Source: Verrucomicrobiia bacterium
Lineage (GTDB): Bacteria; Verrucomicrobiota; Verrucomicrobiia; Limisphaerales; UBA1319
Length of the DNA: 64,000 nt
NCBI GenBank assembly: GCA_963664225.1
Contig: OY760937.1
Span: forward strand, 5,184,001 to 5,248,000
Reading direction: 5' to 3'
Shown here: positions 1 to 8,454 of the stretch, piece by piece
How positions within the stretch are numbered: position 1 is the first letter of the stretch
How the letters are laid out: each line of letters begins with the position of its first letter
Notes under the pieces: generated by a model
The model's database searches: none
What the model was told of the DNA's origin: nothing
The model's input: the letters and a program-made list of their open reading frames with translations, nothing else
Translations under genes and position numbers: made by a program

Positions 1-483
1 GATTACGCTGAATGTGGGCACTCCGATTTGCAGCGCGCCGCTCGAACGGTCCACCAGCATCGCCACGCCCGCCACGATGCCTTCATGAGAACGGACGATA
101 TCGATGGTTTCCTGCACACGCCCGCCTTTGGTCACCACATCCTCAACCACCAGGAGTTTCTCGCCCGGCGCAATCTTGAACCCACGCCGTAACACGAGCT
201 TGCCATCCTCTTTCTCCGCAAAAATGAACCGGATGCCCAGTTGACGGGCCACTTCCTGGCCCAAAACCAGTCCGCCCATGGCGGGGGAGATGACCGTTTG
301 CGGTTTCAAATGGCGAACCTTGTCCGCCAGCTCCGCGCCAAACCGCTCAACGATGGGCATTTGTTGAAGCGCCAATGCGCATTGAAAATATTGCCGGCTG
401 TGCAAACCACTGCGCAAAACAAAGTGGCCGCTCAGTAACGCTCCGGTCTGCTTAAACAGGTCAAACGCTTCGCTGTTCGTCAT
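1..483 (-). CDS. pyrE: orotate phosphoribosyltransferase (3' end outside window)
   Basis: Not in ORF track (no stop in window). Manual translation from ATG 483: MTNSEAFDLFKQTGALLSGHFVLRSGLHSRQYFQCA...PAMGG...LLVVEDVVTKGG; type I PRTase PRPP-binding motif and the OPRT 'GHFVLRSG' motif. Confidence 0.92.
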   Translation of the reverse strand, partial: MTNSEAFDLFKQTGALLSGHFVLRSGLHSRQYFQCALALQQMPIVERFGAELADKVRHLKPQTVISPAMGGLVLGQEVARQLGIRFIFAEKEDGKLVLRRGFKIAPGEKLLVVEDVVTKGGRVQETIDIVRSHEGIVAGVAMLVDRSSGALQIGVPTFSVI

Positions 484-572
484 GTGCAGATCAAAACATG
501 GATCGCGTTCATGTGGCAATGATGAAACATTCCAAAACCGGGATTCGCCCTCCGCCGCACCGGTTCTGCGGT

Positions 573-1586
573 TCAGGCGCTGGTGGTGGGCGTTTGGATA
601 TCCGCAAAGATGATGACTCCCGCGCCCGTTTGCAGAAGGCTGATCACATGCACCGGAATTTGCTGGCCCACCAGGTTTTGGGCCTGGTTGACAACCACCA
701 TGGTGCCATCCGCCATATAGCCGACTCCCTGACCCTTGTCCTTCCCTTCGCGGACGATCCGCAGATTGAAAGTCTCTCCTGGCAGGATCACAGGCTTGAG
801 CACCTGGGCCAGCTCCGTCATGTTGACGCACTGAACGGATTGCAGTCCCGCGATTTTGGTCAGATTATAGTCGTTGGTGTAGAGCTTGGCGTTGAGTGCC
901 TTGGCCAGACGCACCAGTTTGGCGTCCACCTGGGTTTCCTCTGGAAAATCGCCTTCGTGGATTTTTACCTCGTTTCGGGTATTCTTTCGAATGCGCTCCA
1001 GCATGTCCATACCCCGGCGTCCGCGAGCCCGTTTGATCGCATCGTTGGAATCCGATATCTGGTGTAATTCCACGAGCACGAATCGCGGCACCACAATGAT
1101 TCCCTCCAAAAAACCCGACTCGATAAGGTCGGCAACGCGTCCATCCACGATGGCGCTGGTGTCGAGCAAAAGCAGGTTTTCGGGCTTATTCTGAGAGGCA
1201 AACCGCACAAAGGGAATGATGAGATAGAAATCCTCCTTGTTGCTGCGCATGGCCAGAATCATCCCGATATAGCCGAAGGAGACAAACAGGCTCAGGCGGA
1301 TGATCCAGCGCGTGGATTCATCGACCCAGATGAATAATTGCGAGCGGTCCAGCATCCAGGCAATCAAGGTGCCGAGAAACAAACCGAACGTTGTCGCTGA
1401 GAAGGCGCGCAGGGAGAATCCTTTGATCATCTCGTCGATGGCGATCAGCAGGCCCCCCAATCCGAAACCAATCATGATGCCAACGATCGGTCCGTTGGTG
1501 ATGAGGTCGGGCCGCACCTGCGTAATGGCATAGCCGCTCAGCGTGCAGAGCCCCAAAAAAAACAATCGAATAACCCACAGAGCCAT
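573..1586 (-). CDS. membrane-anchored PIN/TRAM domain protein (YacL-like)
   Basis: Four N-terminal TM helices, PIN motifs LLDTSAIVDGR and TNDYNL, C-terminal TRAM-like GKDKGQGVGYMADGTMVVV. Confidence 0.88.
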   Translation of the reverse strand: MALWVIRLFFLGLCTLSGYAITQVRPDLITNGPIVGIMIGFGLGGLLIAIDEMIKGFSLRAFSATTFGLFLGTLIAWMLDRSQLFIWVDESTRWIIRLSLFVSFGYIGMILAMRSNKEDFYLIIPFVRFASQNKPENLLLLDTSAIVDGRVADLIESGFLEGIIVVPRFVLVELHQISDSNDAIKRARGRRGMDMLERIRKNTRNEVKIHEGDFPEETQVDAKLVRLAKALNAKLYTNDYNLTKIAGLQSVQCVNMTELAQVLKPVILPGETFNLRIVREGKDKGQGVGYMADGTMVVVNQAQNLVGQQIPVHVISLLQTGAGVIIFADIQTPTTSA

Positions 1587-1589
1587 ATT

Positions 1590-2570
1590 TTATTGATCCA
1601 TGCCATTGCCTGATCGCAGGCGGGTCCGATAAACTACCATGGGTTTTACCGGCTTTGGTTTATAGAGCAAGCCGTATTTGGTTAAGTTGCTGCTTAATAC
1701 CGTTAAATTGCTAACCGCGTGATTGAAATTCCCGCTCAGTTCCTCGTTTTTGAATAATTGTCCCGCAAGACCATTCCCGGCTTGGAGATCAGCAAGCAAT
1801 TTGCGGGTATCGCCACTGGCCGACTCAAGGTTGATGACCATGTTATGAATCCCCGATTCGTTGGTTTGAATGATCGTCTGGATTTTTTCCGTCAGGCGGT
1901 TGGCCTCCGTGGAGAAGGCCACCAGGTTGCTCAAGGCGGTTTGCACCTGGAGGCTGTTGGTGTGGATCAATTCATTCATGCCCGCCGCCATGGAGGTGAA
2001 ATTTGTAGACATGCCGTGCAGGTTATCCAGTGTGTTGGTCAATTTAATGAGGGTTTGCTCGCCGAGCAGAACCCGGTCCACCCGCTCCACAGATTTGTTG
2101 ACCAGGTTGACGGTCGATTCGAGCTTTTTCATCAGGTTATCGGCTGAACGCGCCGTGTCCTGGATGTTGAAGGGTTCCCGGCATTGGACCACGGCGCCGT
2201 TCTCAAGCGGGGTGCCATTGTTGGCCCCCGGTGTGATCGATATGAACATGTCGCCAAGGAATCCTGATTGATCGATTTCAAACATCGCATCCGGGTGAAT
2301 GCGGTATCTTTTGAAAATCCGGGCGCGAATGGTGACCGACTTGCCGTCTGGATTCAATTCCGCGCCGATCACCCGCCCGATTTGTATTCCCGACATCAGC
2401 ACGCCCGAATTCGGCTTGATGGCCCCGACGTTCGAGGCGGTAAGCCGGATTTCATAGGAGGGTTTGAAAAAACTGCTTCCCTTGGAGAACTGCAGCAGCA
2501 GCGAGGCCAGCAACACCAGGCCGGTTAATACAAATAACCCAACTTTCCATTCGGATCGCGATGTGTTCAT
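1590..2570 (-). CDS. mlaD: MlaD/MCE family lipid transport protein
   Basis: N-terminal TM (EWKVGLFVL), MCE domain (GIQIGRV...SGFLGDMFISITPG), helical tail; adjacent to mlaF/mlaE. Confidence 0.88.
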   Translation of the reverse strand: MNTSRSEWKVGLFVLTGLVLLASLLLQFSKGSSFFKPSYEIRLTASNVGAIKPNSGVLMSGIQIGRVIGAELNPDGKSVTIRARIFKRYRIHPDAMFEIDQSGFLGDMFISITPGANNGTPLENGAVVQCREPFNIQDTARSADNLMKKLESTVNLVNKSVERVDRVLLGEQTLIKLTNTLDNLHGMSTNFTSMAAGMNELIHTNSLQVQTALSNLVAFSTEANRLTEKIQTIIQTNESGIHNMVINLESASGDTRKLLADLQAGNGLAGQLFKNEELSGNFNHAVSNLTVLSSNLTKYGLLYKPKPVKPMVVYRTRLRSGNGMDQ

Positions 2571-2580
2571 GTGACAGGTT

Positions 2581-3312
2581 TCAAGGTGTGGAAATGCCGT
2601 TGACGAATCGATACAGTATCGGATCGGTGGACTTGAACAACTCCGCCGTGGGCCCGCAGAAATAAATGCGTCCCTCGTGCAGCATCAGGATTTTACGACT
2701 GATCCGCTGCGCGCTGCGCATGTCATGAGTCACCGCAATGCTGGTAACCTTGAGTCGCTCGGAAACACGCACAATAAGCCGGTCTATGCTGTCGGCCACG
2801 ATGGGGTCCAGACCCGTGGTTGGTTCGTCATAAAGAATGATTTGAGGCTGGTAAATGATCGCGCGCGCCAGTCCCACGCGCTTGCGCATGCCGCCGGATA
2901 ATTCCGACGGTTTTTTGGATTCCACCCCGCTTAACTCCACCATCTCCAGTGTTTCGGCCACTTTGCGCGCCATCTCCTCGGCGGTCAGGCGTTTTTCACG
3001 CCGGAGCATGAAATTGACATTGTCAGCCACCGTGAGCGAGTCGAACAGGGCCGCCCCCTGAAAGAGCATGCCAAATTTGCGGCGTATGGGCAGAAGCTCC
3101 CGTTCGGACAAGCAGGCAAGATTTTGGCCATCGACGAGCACCTCCCCGGAGTCAGGCTGGATAAGTCCGATCAAGTGTTTGAGCAAGACACTTTTTCCGC
3201 CGCCGCTGCGTCCGAGGATGACCACAGCCTCGCCGGGTTCAATGGAGAAGCTGACCCCATCCAACACCCGGTTGGTGCCAAAGCGCTTTTCCAGTTGGCG
3301 AACCTCAATCAT
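2581..3312 (-). CDS. mlaF: ABC transporter ATP-binding protein MlaF/Mkl
   Basis: Walker A GRSGGGKS, LFQGAALFDSLTV, signature LSGGMRKRVGLARA, YDEPTTGLDP. Confidence 0.92.
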   Translation of the reverse strand: MIEVRQLEKRFGTNRVLDGVSFSIEPGEAVVILGRSGGGKSVLLKHLIGLIQPDSGEVLVDGQNLACLSERELLPIRRKFGMLFQGAALFDSLTVADNVNFMLRREKRLTAEEMARKVAETLEMVELSGVESKKPSELSGGMRKRVGLARAIIYQPQIILYDEPTTGLDPIVADSIDRLIVRVSERLKVTSIAVTHDMRSAQRISRKILMLHEGRIYFCGPTAELFKSTDPILYRFVNGISTP

Positions 3313-3315
3313 GCT

Positions 3316-4089
3316 TCAATGGAGGAGATGGGTTAGCGTCATGGTCATGAAAAAATTGCTGATCAGCACACTGATGGAAGCATAGACCACCGCTTCGGTC
3401 GTGGCACGGCCCACGCCTTCAGCGCCTTCGCCGCAATACATGCCCTTGTAACAGCCGATGAGCGCGATCAATCCTCCGAAAATGAAACTCTTGGTCAGGC
3501 CCATGATCAGGTCTCCCGGACTGGTGTAGCGAATCATGTTGTAATAGGCGTATGCGGGATCGATTCCCAGCAGGTAGGTGCCCACAATGTAGCTGGCCAG
3601 AATTCCCAGGGCGATCGATTCAGCCGTCAGCAGGGGCATGGCCAGAACGGTTGCCAGAAATCGCGGCGCCACAAGGTAATCGACTGGATGCGCCGCCAGT
3701 GTGCGCAAGGCATCGATTTGCTCGGTCACCTTCATCGTGCCCAGCTCCGCCGCCATGGAAGCCCCAACCCGTCCCGCCACCATCAACGCCGTCAACACCG
3801 GTCCCAGTTCGCTGCACATCGACACGCTGACCACCGCCAGCGTGGCCGTGTCCATTTTGACTTTGTGAAATTGGAAATAGGTCTGCGCGCAAAGGACCAT
3901 CCCTGTAAACGCGCCTGTGATCAGCACCACCGATTGGGATTTGACCCCAATAAAATAAAGCTGATCGAGCAGGCTCAGGCCTTCCCATCTTTTTTTGGCG
4001 ATGGATGATAGGGTCTCAATCCCGAGCAGCACGACCCGCCCAAGTCCCTCGATCCAATCGTTGATCCACTTCTTTGCCAGTCCTTGCAT
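3316..4089 (-). CDS. mlaE: MlaE family ABC permease
   Basis: ELGPVLTALMVAGRVG...ELGTMKVTEQIDAL and GAEGVGRATTEAVV motifs. Confidence 0.93.
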   Translation of the reverse strand: MQGLAKKWINDWIEGLGRVVLLGIETLSSIAKKRWEGLSLLDQLYFIGVKSQSVVLITGAFTGMVLCAQTYFQFHKVKMDTATLAVVSVSMCSELGPVLTALMVAGRVGASMAAELGTMKVTEQIDALRTLAAHPVDYLVAPRFLATVLAMPLLTAESIALGILASYIVGTYLLGIDPAYAYYNMIRYTSPGDLIMGLTKSFIFGGLIALIGCYKGMYCGEGAEGVGRATTEAVVYASISVLISNFFMTMTLTHLLH

Positions 4090-4159
4090 GATTCAACCAA
4101 TACTCCCAAGCACTCCCAAGCATTAACCGGCGGGGGATGGACGGTCAAAAGAAAAGGGT

Positions 4160-4420
4160 CACGATTCCAGATGCGTATCATCCAGCCCCGATTAACCAAC
4201 CGCACCCGAATTTCGCAATCGTCCAATCCGCATAATCCTGTAGGGATTGCAATCTTTCAGCCCCGGGTCGCGAGGAGCGAGCCACCCGGGGTCATCGACC
4301 ACCCTCCATAATTTCCCCAACGCTGTCGGCGTTGCATCAAATTCGCATCCGGCATTACAACACGGTCCGAGTCGGCCCGGGGACGTGCTGATGGTCAATC
4401 TGTATGAAGACGGCAACGGT
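4160..4420 (+). repeat. ~260 bp direct repeat, copy 1 (REP-like palindromes plus a coding-like fragment)
   Basis: Aligns with 5322-5585 at a near-constant offset of 1162, e.g. atgcgtatcatccagccccgat...cagccccgggtcgcgagga.cgagccacccggggtcatcg. Confidence 0.9.
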
Positions 4421-4580
4421 GGCGATGACACCGCCGATGCGCTGCGATACCTGATCGCGAGCAAGGGAAGGACGGTGGCGCTCTGGAAATTGGTGGGGGT
4501 GTGATCAACGACCGGGCTCAACGAAGGATCGCAGAGGGCATTCGATTTCAACTTGGACACGATGGCCGGGTTCCTTGCAG

Positions 4581-5171
4581 TTATACCGCGCCCGGTGCGG
4601 GTTCCCCACGCGCGGCTTTCCGAAACAACCACGCCGACCCGGCAAACAGCATCGCGTCAAACGCATTCCCAACAAACCCGCGCAATACAGCCGCTGACCA
4701 CGGCGTAGCCTGGGGATTTCGAATAATCAGCACAATCACCAGGACCAACGCTTGAACGAGCGCTGTCACGAACAGGACGCGGGCCATGCCATTTGGCTGG
4801 AAGCGCGCCATGGCGGCACCAATGATCCCCACCATGGGCACCACGAAATAGCCGAAGGCCGCAGGATTAACGTCGTCAGCACCCTGGACAAAGTTCCCCC
4901 AGACGAGCAGAAACACCGTCACAAGCGCAACGCCAACGGCGGCTCGGTACACCGGTGTGCCAAGCTTCCTGATTACCATCTGAAACGTCAGACCGATGCT
5001 GAAGAGCAGAGTGCCGACAGCGCCGACAAGAAGAAAGGCGCGGATATCCCAGCCCCATTCACCCGCAAAAAGGCTCCGCAGCAAGGGCACCCCCAGGAGG
5101 AGCGCAGTGATCACTGCCGGGGTCTTCCAGAGGCTCCTGCGCCGTCCACCGTCGTGCGTTTTTGTGTTCAT
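4581..5171 (-). CDS. hypothetical integral membrane protein (~6 TM)
   Basis: 196-aa hydrophobic ORF (YRAAVGVALVTVFLLVWGNFVQG; ARFQPNGMAR) with a palindromic operator-like site upstream. Confidence 0.75.
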   Translation of the reverse strand: MNTKTHDGGRRRSLWKTPAVITALLLGVPLLRSLFAGEWGWDIRAFLLVGAVGTLLFSIGLTFQMVIRKLGTPVYRAAVGVALVTVFLLVWGNFVQGADDVNPAAFGYFVVPMVGIIGAAMARFQPNGMARVLFVTALVQALVLVIVLIIRNPQATPWSAAVLRGFVGNAFDAMLFAGSAWLFRKAARGEPAPGAV

Positions 5172-5192
5172 CTGGCCCTGTCAAGGTTGCTT

Positions 5193-5227
5193 GCTTTGTG
5201 ACACAAAGTTACTTTATGATGCAAAGC
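5193..5227. promoter_or_regulatory. tandem palindromic operator-like site (2 x CTTT-N7-AAAG)
   Basis: gCTTTGTGaCACAAAGttaCTTTatgatgcAAAGc, about 20 bp upstream of the 5171 start codon. Confidence 0.55.
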
Positions 5228-5255
5228 TGCGCAAGCTTGAAACAGCGCGGCGTTG

Positions 5256-5325
5256 CAGGCGAGGCTCCCGCCGAGCCATCCTATTTTGCCGGTTTGTTGA
5301 TGGAAGGCCCGGCGGGAGCGCCACG
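5256..5325. repeat. REP-like inverted repeat (ggctcccgccgagcc / ggcccggcgggagc)
   Basis: Two imperfect inverted copies forming a long hairpin. Confidence 0.55.
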
Positions 5326-5585
5326 ATATCGGATGCGTATCATCCAGCCCCGATCAACCAACCTCACCCGAATTTCGCAATCGTCCCGTCCGCTCAATCC
5401 TGCAGGGATTGCAATCATTCAGCCCCGGGTCGCGAGGAACGAGCCACCCGGGGTCATCGTTCACCCTCCATATTTTTCCCAACGCTGTAGGCGTTGCATC
5501 AATTTCGCATCCGGCATTGCAGCACGATCCCAATCGTCCCGAGGACGTCCTGAAGGTGGATGTGGATGACGTCTGCGGCACCGGT
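5322..5585 (+). repeat. ~260 bp direct repeat, copy 2
   Basis: Diverged copy of 4160-4420. Confidence 0.9.
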
Positions 5586-5865
5586 CCTCTCCCTCGCCTT
5601 CATGCCAATGGAGGGCTGGGATAGGTTCAATAATATTGGGTCCTTTCTCTTTGGCCGTAAGACAAAATTCTTCAGCGCCAGGAAAAAGCCAATAAATGCG
5701 CATGGAAATATATACGTAACGATGATAGCAGGAATTTAACGATGGTTGTTGGCCGGAAACCGGACGCCGCACGAAGGTGCGTGGCATACAACATATTCAG
5801 GCGCATCACCTGTTGGCCCAGTGCCCTCACCGGGCGTCTTTCGCGTTTTCGTCCTTTATGCTTTT

Positions 5866-5894
5866 GCCGCCTACCTGAATTTTGTCATGCACCC
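5866..5894 (+). mobile_element. solo right terminal inverted repeat of an ISKra4-like element
   Basis: gaattttgtcatgcaccc (5877-5894) matches the IS end gaattttgtcctgcaccc (36840-36857) at 17/18 positions and is likewise preceded by gccgcct. Confidence 0.6.
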
Positions 5895-5949
5895 CAGCTT
5901 AGCGACATTAAACCGAACATCGATTCATGGCATGACAACAACGCCGAAC

Positions 5950-6056
5950 CTCAGGCCCGAAGGGCCGCAACATGATAGCCTGGGCTGGAGCGAGTCTTCG
6001 AGCGGAGGCCCAGGTAATCAACACACCAACAAAAACAGCCCTGTATGGGCGTCACA
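5950..6056. repeat. REP-like palindromic element (ggcccgaagggcc...cctgggc...gcccagg...gccctgtatgggc)
   Basis: Three nested short palindromes in non-coding DNA. Confidence 0.5.
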
Positions 6057-6174
6057 CAAATACCAGGCATTGTTCCTTGGACAGCACCCCTCTCAACACA
6101 AACCATCCGTCCTGCATTCATTCTCTTCGCGTCTTCGCGTGAGCATTTTTCCGCTCTCAAACCCCATGTGTCCA

Positions 6175-7254
6175 TTATCCATTCCCCCCGCCAACCCCAC
6201 GCAGTGGCAACTCGCGGGCCGTCCAAACCGTCAGCGGCATCTGGCGGTCATGTGACAAAAACTCTGCACAAAGATCCTGGAACTCGTTTTCCGCTGCCAT
6301 CCGGCGCGCGCGAAAAATGAATTCGCCATTCGGATCGATCGCCGGCCCAATGAAATTCAGGTATTTCTTGAACTTTTCGATATGCGCCCGGGGATGGATA
6401 CGCGCGGGCCCTACGGCTTCAAACAGACCCTTCAAAAAATCTCCCACCTCCCGCCCGGTGGGTTGCGTGGGGATTTCTCCACGCAGGACCTGCCGAATCT
6501 GATTGAATATCCACGGATTGCGCACCGCTCCGCGCCCGATCATGACACCCGCCGCTCCAGTCTGCGCCAGAACCGCAACTGCTTTTTCCGCCGTATCCAG
6601 ATCCCCATTCACCAACACGGGACAGCGTAGTGAAGCGACCGCCTGGCCGATCAGGTCGTAACGGACCTCGCCTCCATACATCTGCCGAACCGTGCGCCCA
6701 TGCACCGTGACGAGATCAAGCTGATGTTTGGAAAAGATATCCAGAAGCGCGGAAAATTCATCCGGCGATTCCCAGCCCAGTCGGCATTTGACCGTGAATC
6801 GAATTTTAATCGCCTCCCGCAATGCTCCCAAAATGGCATCGACCTTGGGCGGATTCCTCAAAAGACCACCTCCCGCATTCTTGCGGCACACGATGGGCGC
6901 GGGACAACCCAGGTTCAAATCGATGGCGGCCACAGGATAAGCCTGAAGGGCTCGGGCGATTCTCACCAGGGAGGGAATGTCCTCTCCGGCGATTTGCGCG
7001 ACGACCGGCTTGCCAGTCGTATTCTCCGTGACTCCGCGCAGGATGTCCTTATCCAGACGCGAAACCGCATGCACTCGGAAATATTCGGTGAAAAACAGAT
7101 CAGGCCCGCCATAAGCCGACTGCAGCTTCCAAAAGGGAAGGTCGGTTACATCCTGCATTGGAGCCAGCGCCAGCCAGGGAGTCGCCTGCGGCCAGGTAAT
7201 TGGATGTTGTGCGTTCAAAAGGCGTTGCAGCACCATTCCATCCAAGGGGAGCAA
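6175..7254 (-). CDS. tRNA-dihydrouridine synthase family protein
   Basis: LAPMQDVTD, IDLNLGCP (catalytic Cys), VTVHGRT, GVMIGRGAVRNPWIF; start uncertain. Confidence 0.88.
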   Translation of the reverse strand: MLPLDGMVLQRLLNAQHPITWPQATPWLALAPMQDVTDLPFWKLQSAYGGPDLFFTEYFRVHAVSRLDKDILRGVTENTTGKPVVAQIAGEDIPSLVRIARALQAYPVAAIDLNLGCPAPIVCRKNAGGGLLRNPPKVDAILGALREAIKIRFTVKCRLGWESPDEFSALLDIFSKHQLDLVTVHGRTVRQMYGGEVRYDLIGQAVASLRCPVLVNGDLDTAEKAVAVLAQTGAAGVMIGRGAVRNPWIFNQIRQVLRGEIPTQPTGREVGDFLKGLFEAVGPARIHPRAHIEKFKKYLNFIGPAIDPNGEFIFRARRMAAENEFQDLCAEFLSHDRQMPLTVWTARELPLRGVGGGNG

Positions 7255-7423
7255 ATCAAATGCCAGCTCGCGCCTTCACCGACTGCGGCGCGGGAGCATG
7301 ATGAGATAAATGTCACCATGCAAACAGGATAGAGGCCGATGGTTTGGGGGTCAATATCTCAACTTTTTTTTGGAGGGAATGGCGTGATTGACAAGGACCG
7401 GGCCATGGGACACTCTCCACGGC

Positions 7424-8356
7424 ATGTCAAAATCAGCCTTGGGACGTGGTTTGGGCGCGTTGCTGGGGGGTGGCCAGCCTTCCAAACCCGCTGCGCCCAA
7501 GCCCATTACAAACGCATCACTAACGCCCACGCCATCGGCGCCGACGGGGCCCGGTGATACGCGCAAGGTTGCCATTACCCGGATTCATCCGAGTGTATTG
7601 CAGCCGCGCAAAGATTTTACTCCAGAGGCATTGCAGGAGCTGGCGGATTCCATTCGTTCCCAAGGTGTTATACAACCGCTGGTGGTGCGGCCGAAGGAAG
7701 GGGATTTTGAGTTGATCGCCGGCGAACGGCGCTGGCGCGCATCGCAAATGGCTGGCCTGACGGAAGTTCCAGTGGTTGTCCGTGAAGCCAACGACGCAGC
7801 CGTTCTCGAAATGATGCTCATCGAGAATCTTCAGCGAGAAAATCTCAATCCCATCGAAGAAGCGCAGGGTTATCAGCAATTGATCGCCCAGTTCGATTTA
7901 AGCCAGGAAGAGGCGGCGGTGAAGGTGGGGCGAAATCGTGCCTCGGTGGCCAACGCATTACGGTTGTTGAAGTTACCGGATGAAGTGCGGGAGCTTATCC
8001 GCAAGGGGGAGATTACCGCCGGGCATGCCAAAGTGATTCTGGGTCTGGAAACGGCTGCTGACCAGGTGCTGGCGGCGCATGAAACCATCAACAATGGATT
8101 GAGTGTCAGGGCGTTGGAAGAATGGTTGGAGCGCCTGAAAAATCTGTCCACAGATGTGTCCAAAGTACCCAAACCTGGCCATTTGAAGGCGCCATTGGAC
8201 GCGAATGCCTCAGACATCCAGGTGCTTCTGCAGCAACGGTTTGGCGCGAGAGTTAAGCTGCGTTACCGCAAGGGCAAGGGAGCCATCACTATCCATTTCA
8301 TGAACAACGACGATTTGGAGCGGATTCTGGAGATTTGCGCTGTGAAGGTGGACTGA
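7424..8356 (+). CDS. parB: ParB/Spo0J chromosome partitioning protein
   Basis: MSKSALGRGLGALL N-terminal ParA-interaction peptide, QPRK, GERRWRA box, ENLQRENLNPIEEA, HTH; ATG 7424 preferred over the track start. Confidence 0.93.
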   Translation: MSKSALGRGLGALLGGGQPSKPAAPKPITNASLTPTPSAPTGPGDTRKVAITRIHPSVLQPRKDFTPEALQELADSIRSQGVIQPLVVRPKEGDFELIAGERRWRASQMAGLTEVPVVVREANDAAVLEMMLIENLQRENLNPIEEAQGYQQLIAQFDLSQEEAAVKVGRNRASVANALRLLKLPDEVRELIRKGEITAGHAKVILGLETAADQVLAAHETINNGLSVRALEEWLERLKNLSTDVSKVPKPGHLKAPLDANASDIQVLLQQRFGARVKLRYRKGKGAITIHFMNNDDLERILEICAVKVD

Positions 8357-8454
8357 AACCGACTTCAAATCAGTATTTTACCTCAATTCTGCGGATTTCG
8401 GGTTGAACTTTCCTCCGGTTCATGCCAGAACCTTGGTCGATTCAAGACAATATT

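Noticed and set aside
4084..6320. Short ORFs across the repeat patch (e.g. 4192-4632, 5162-5569, 5746-6255)
   Set aside because: They translate palindromic repeats; only 4581-5171 looks like a real protein.
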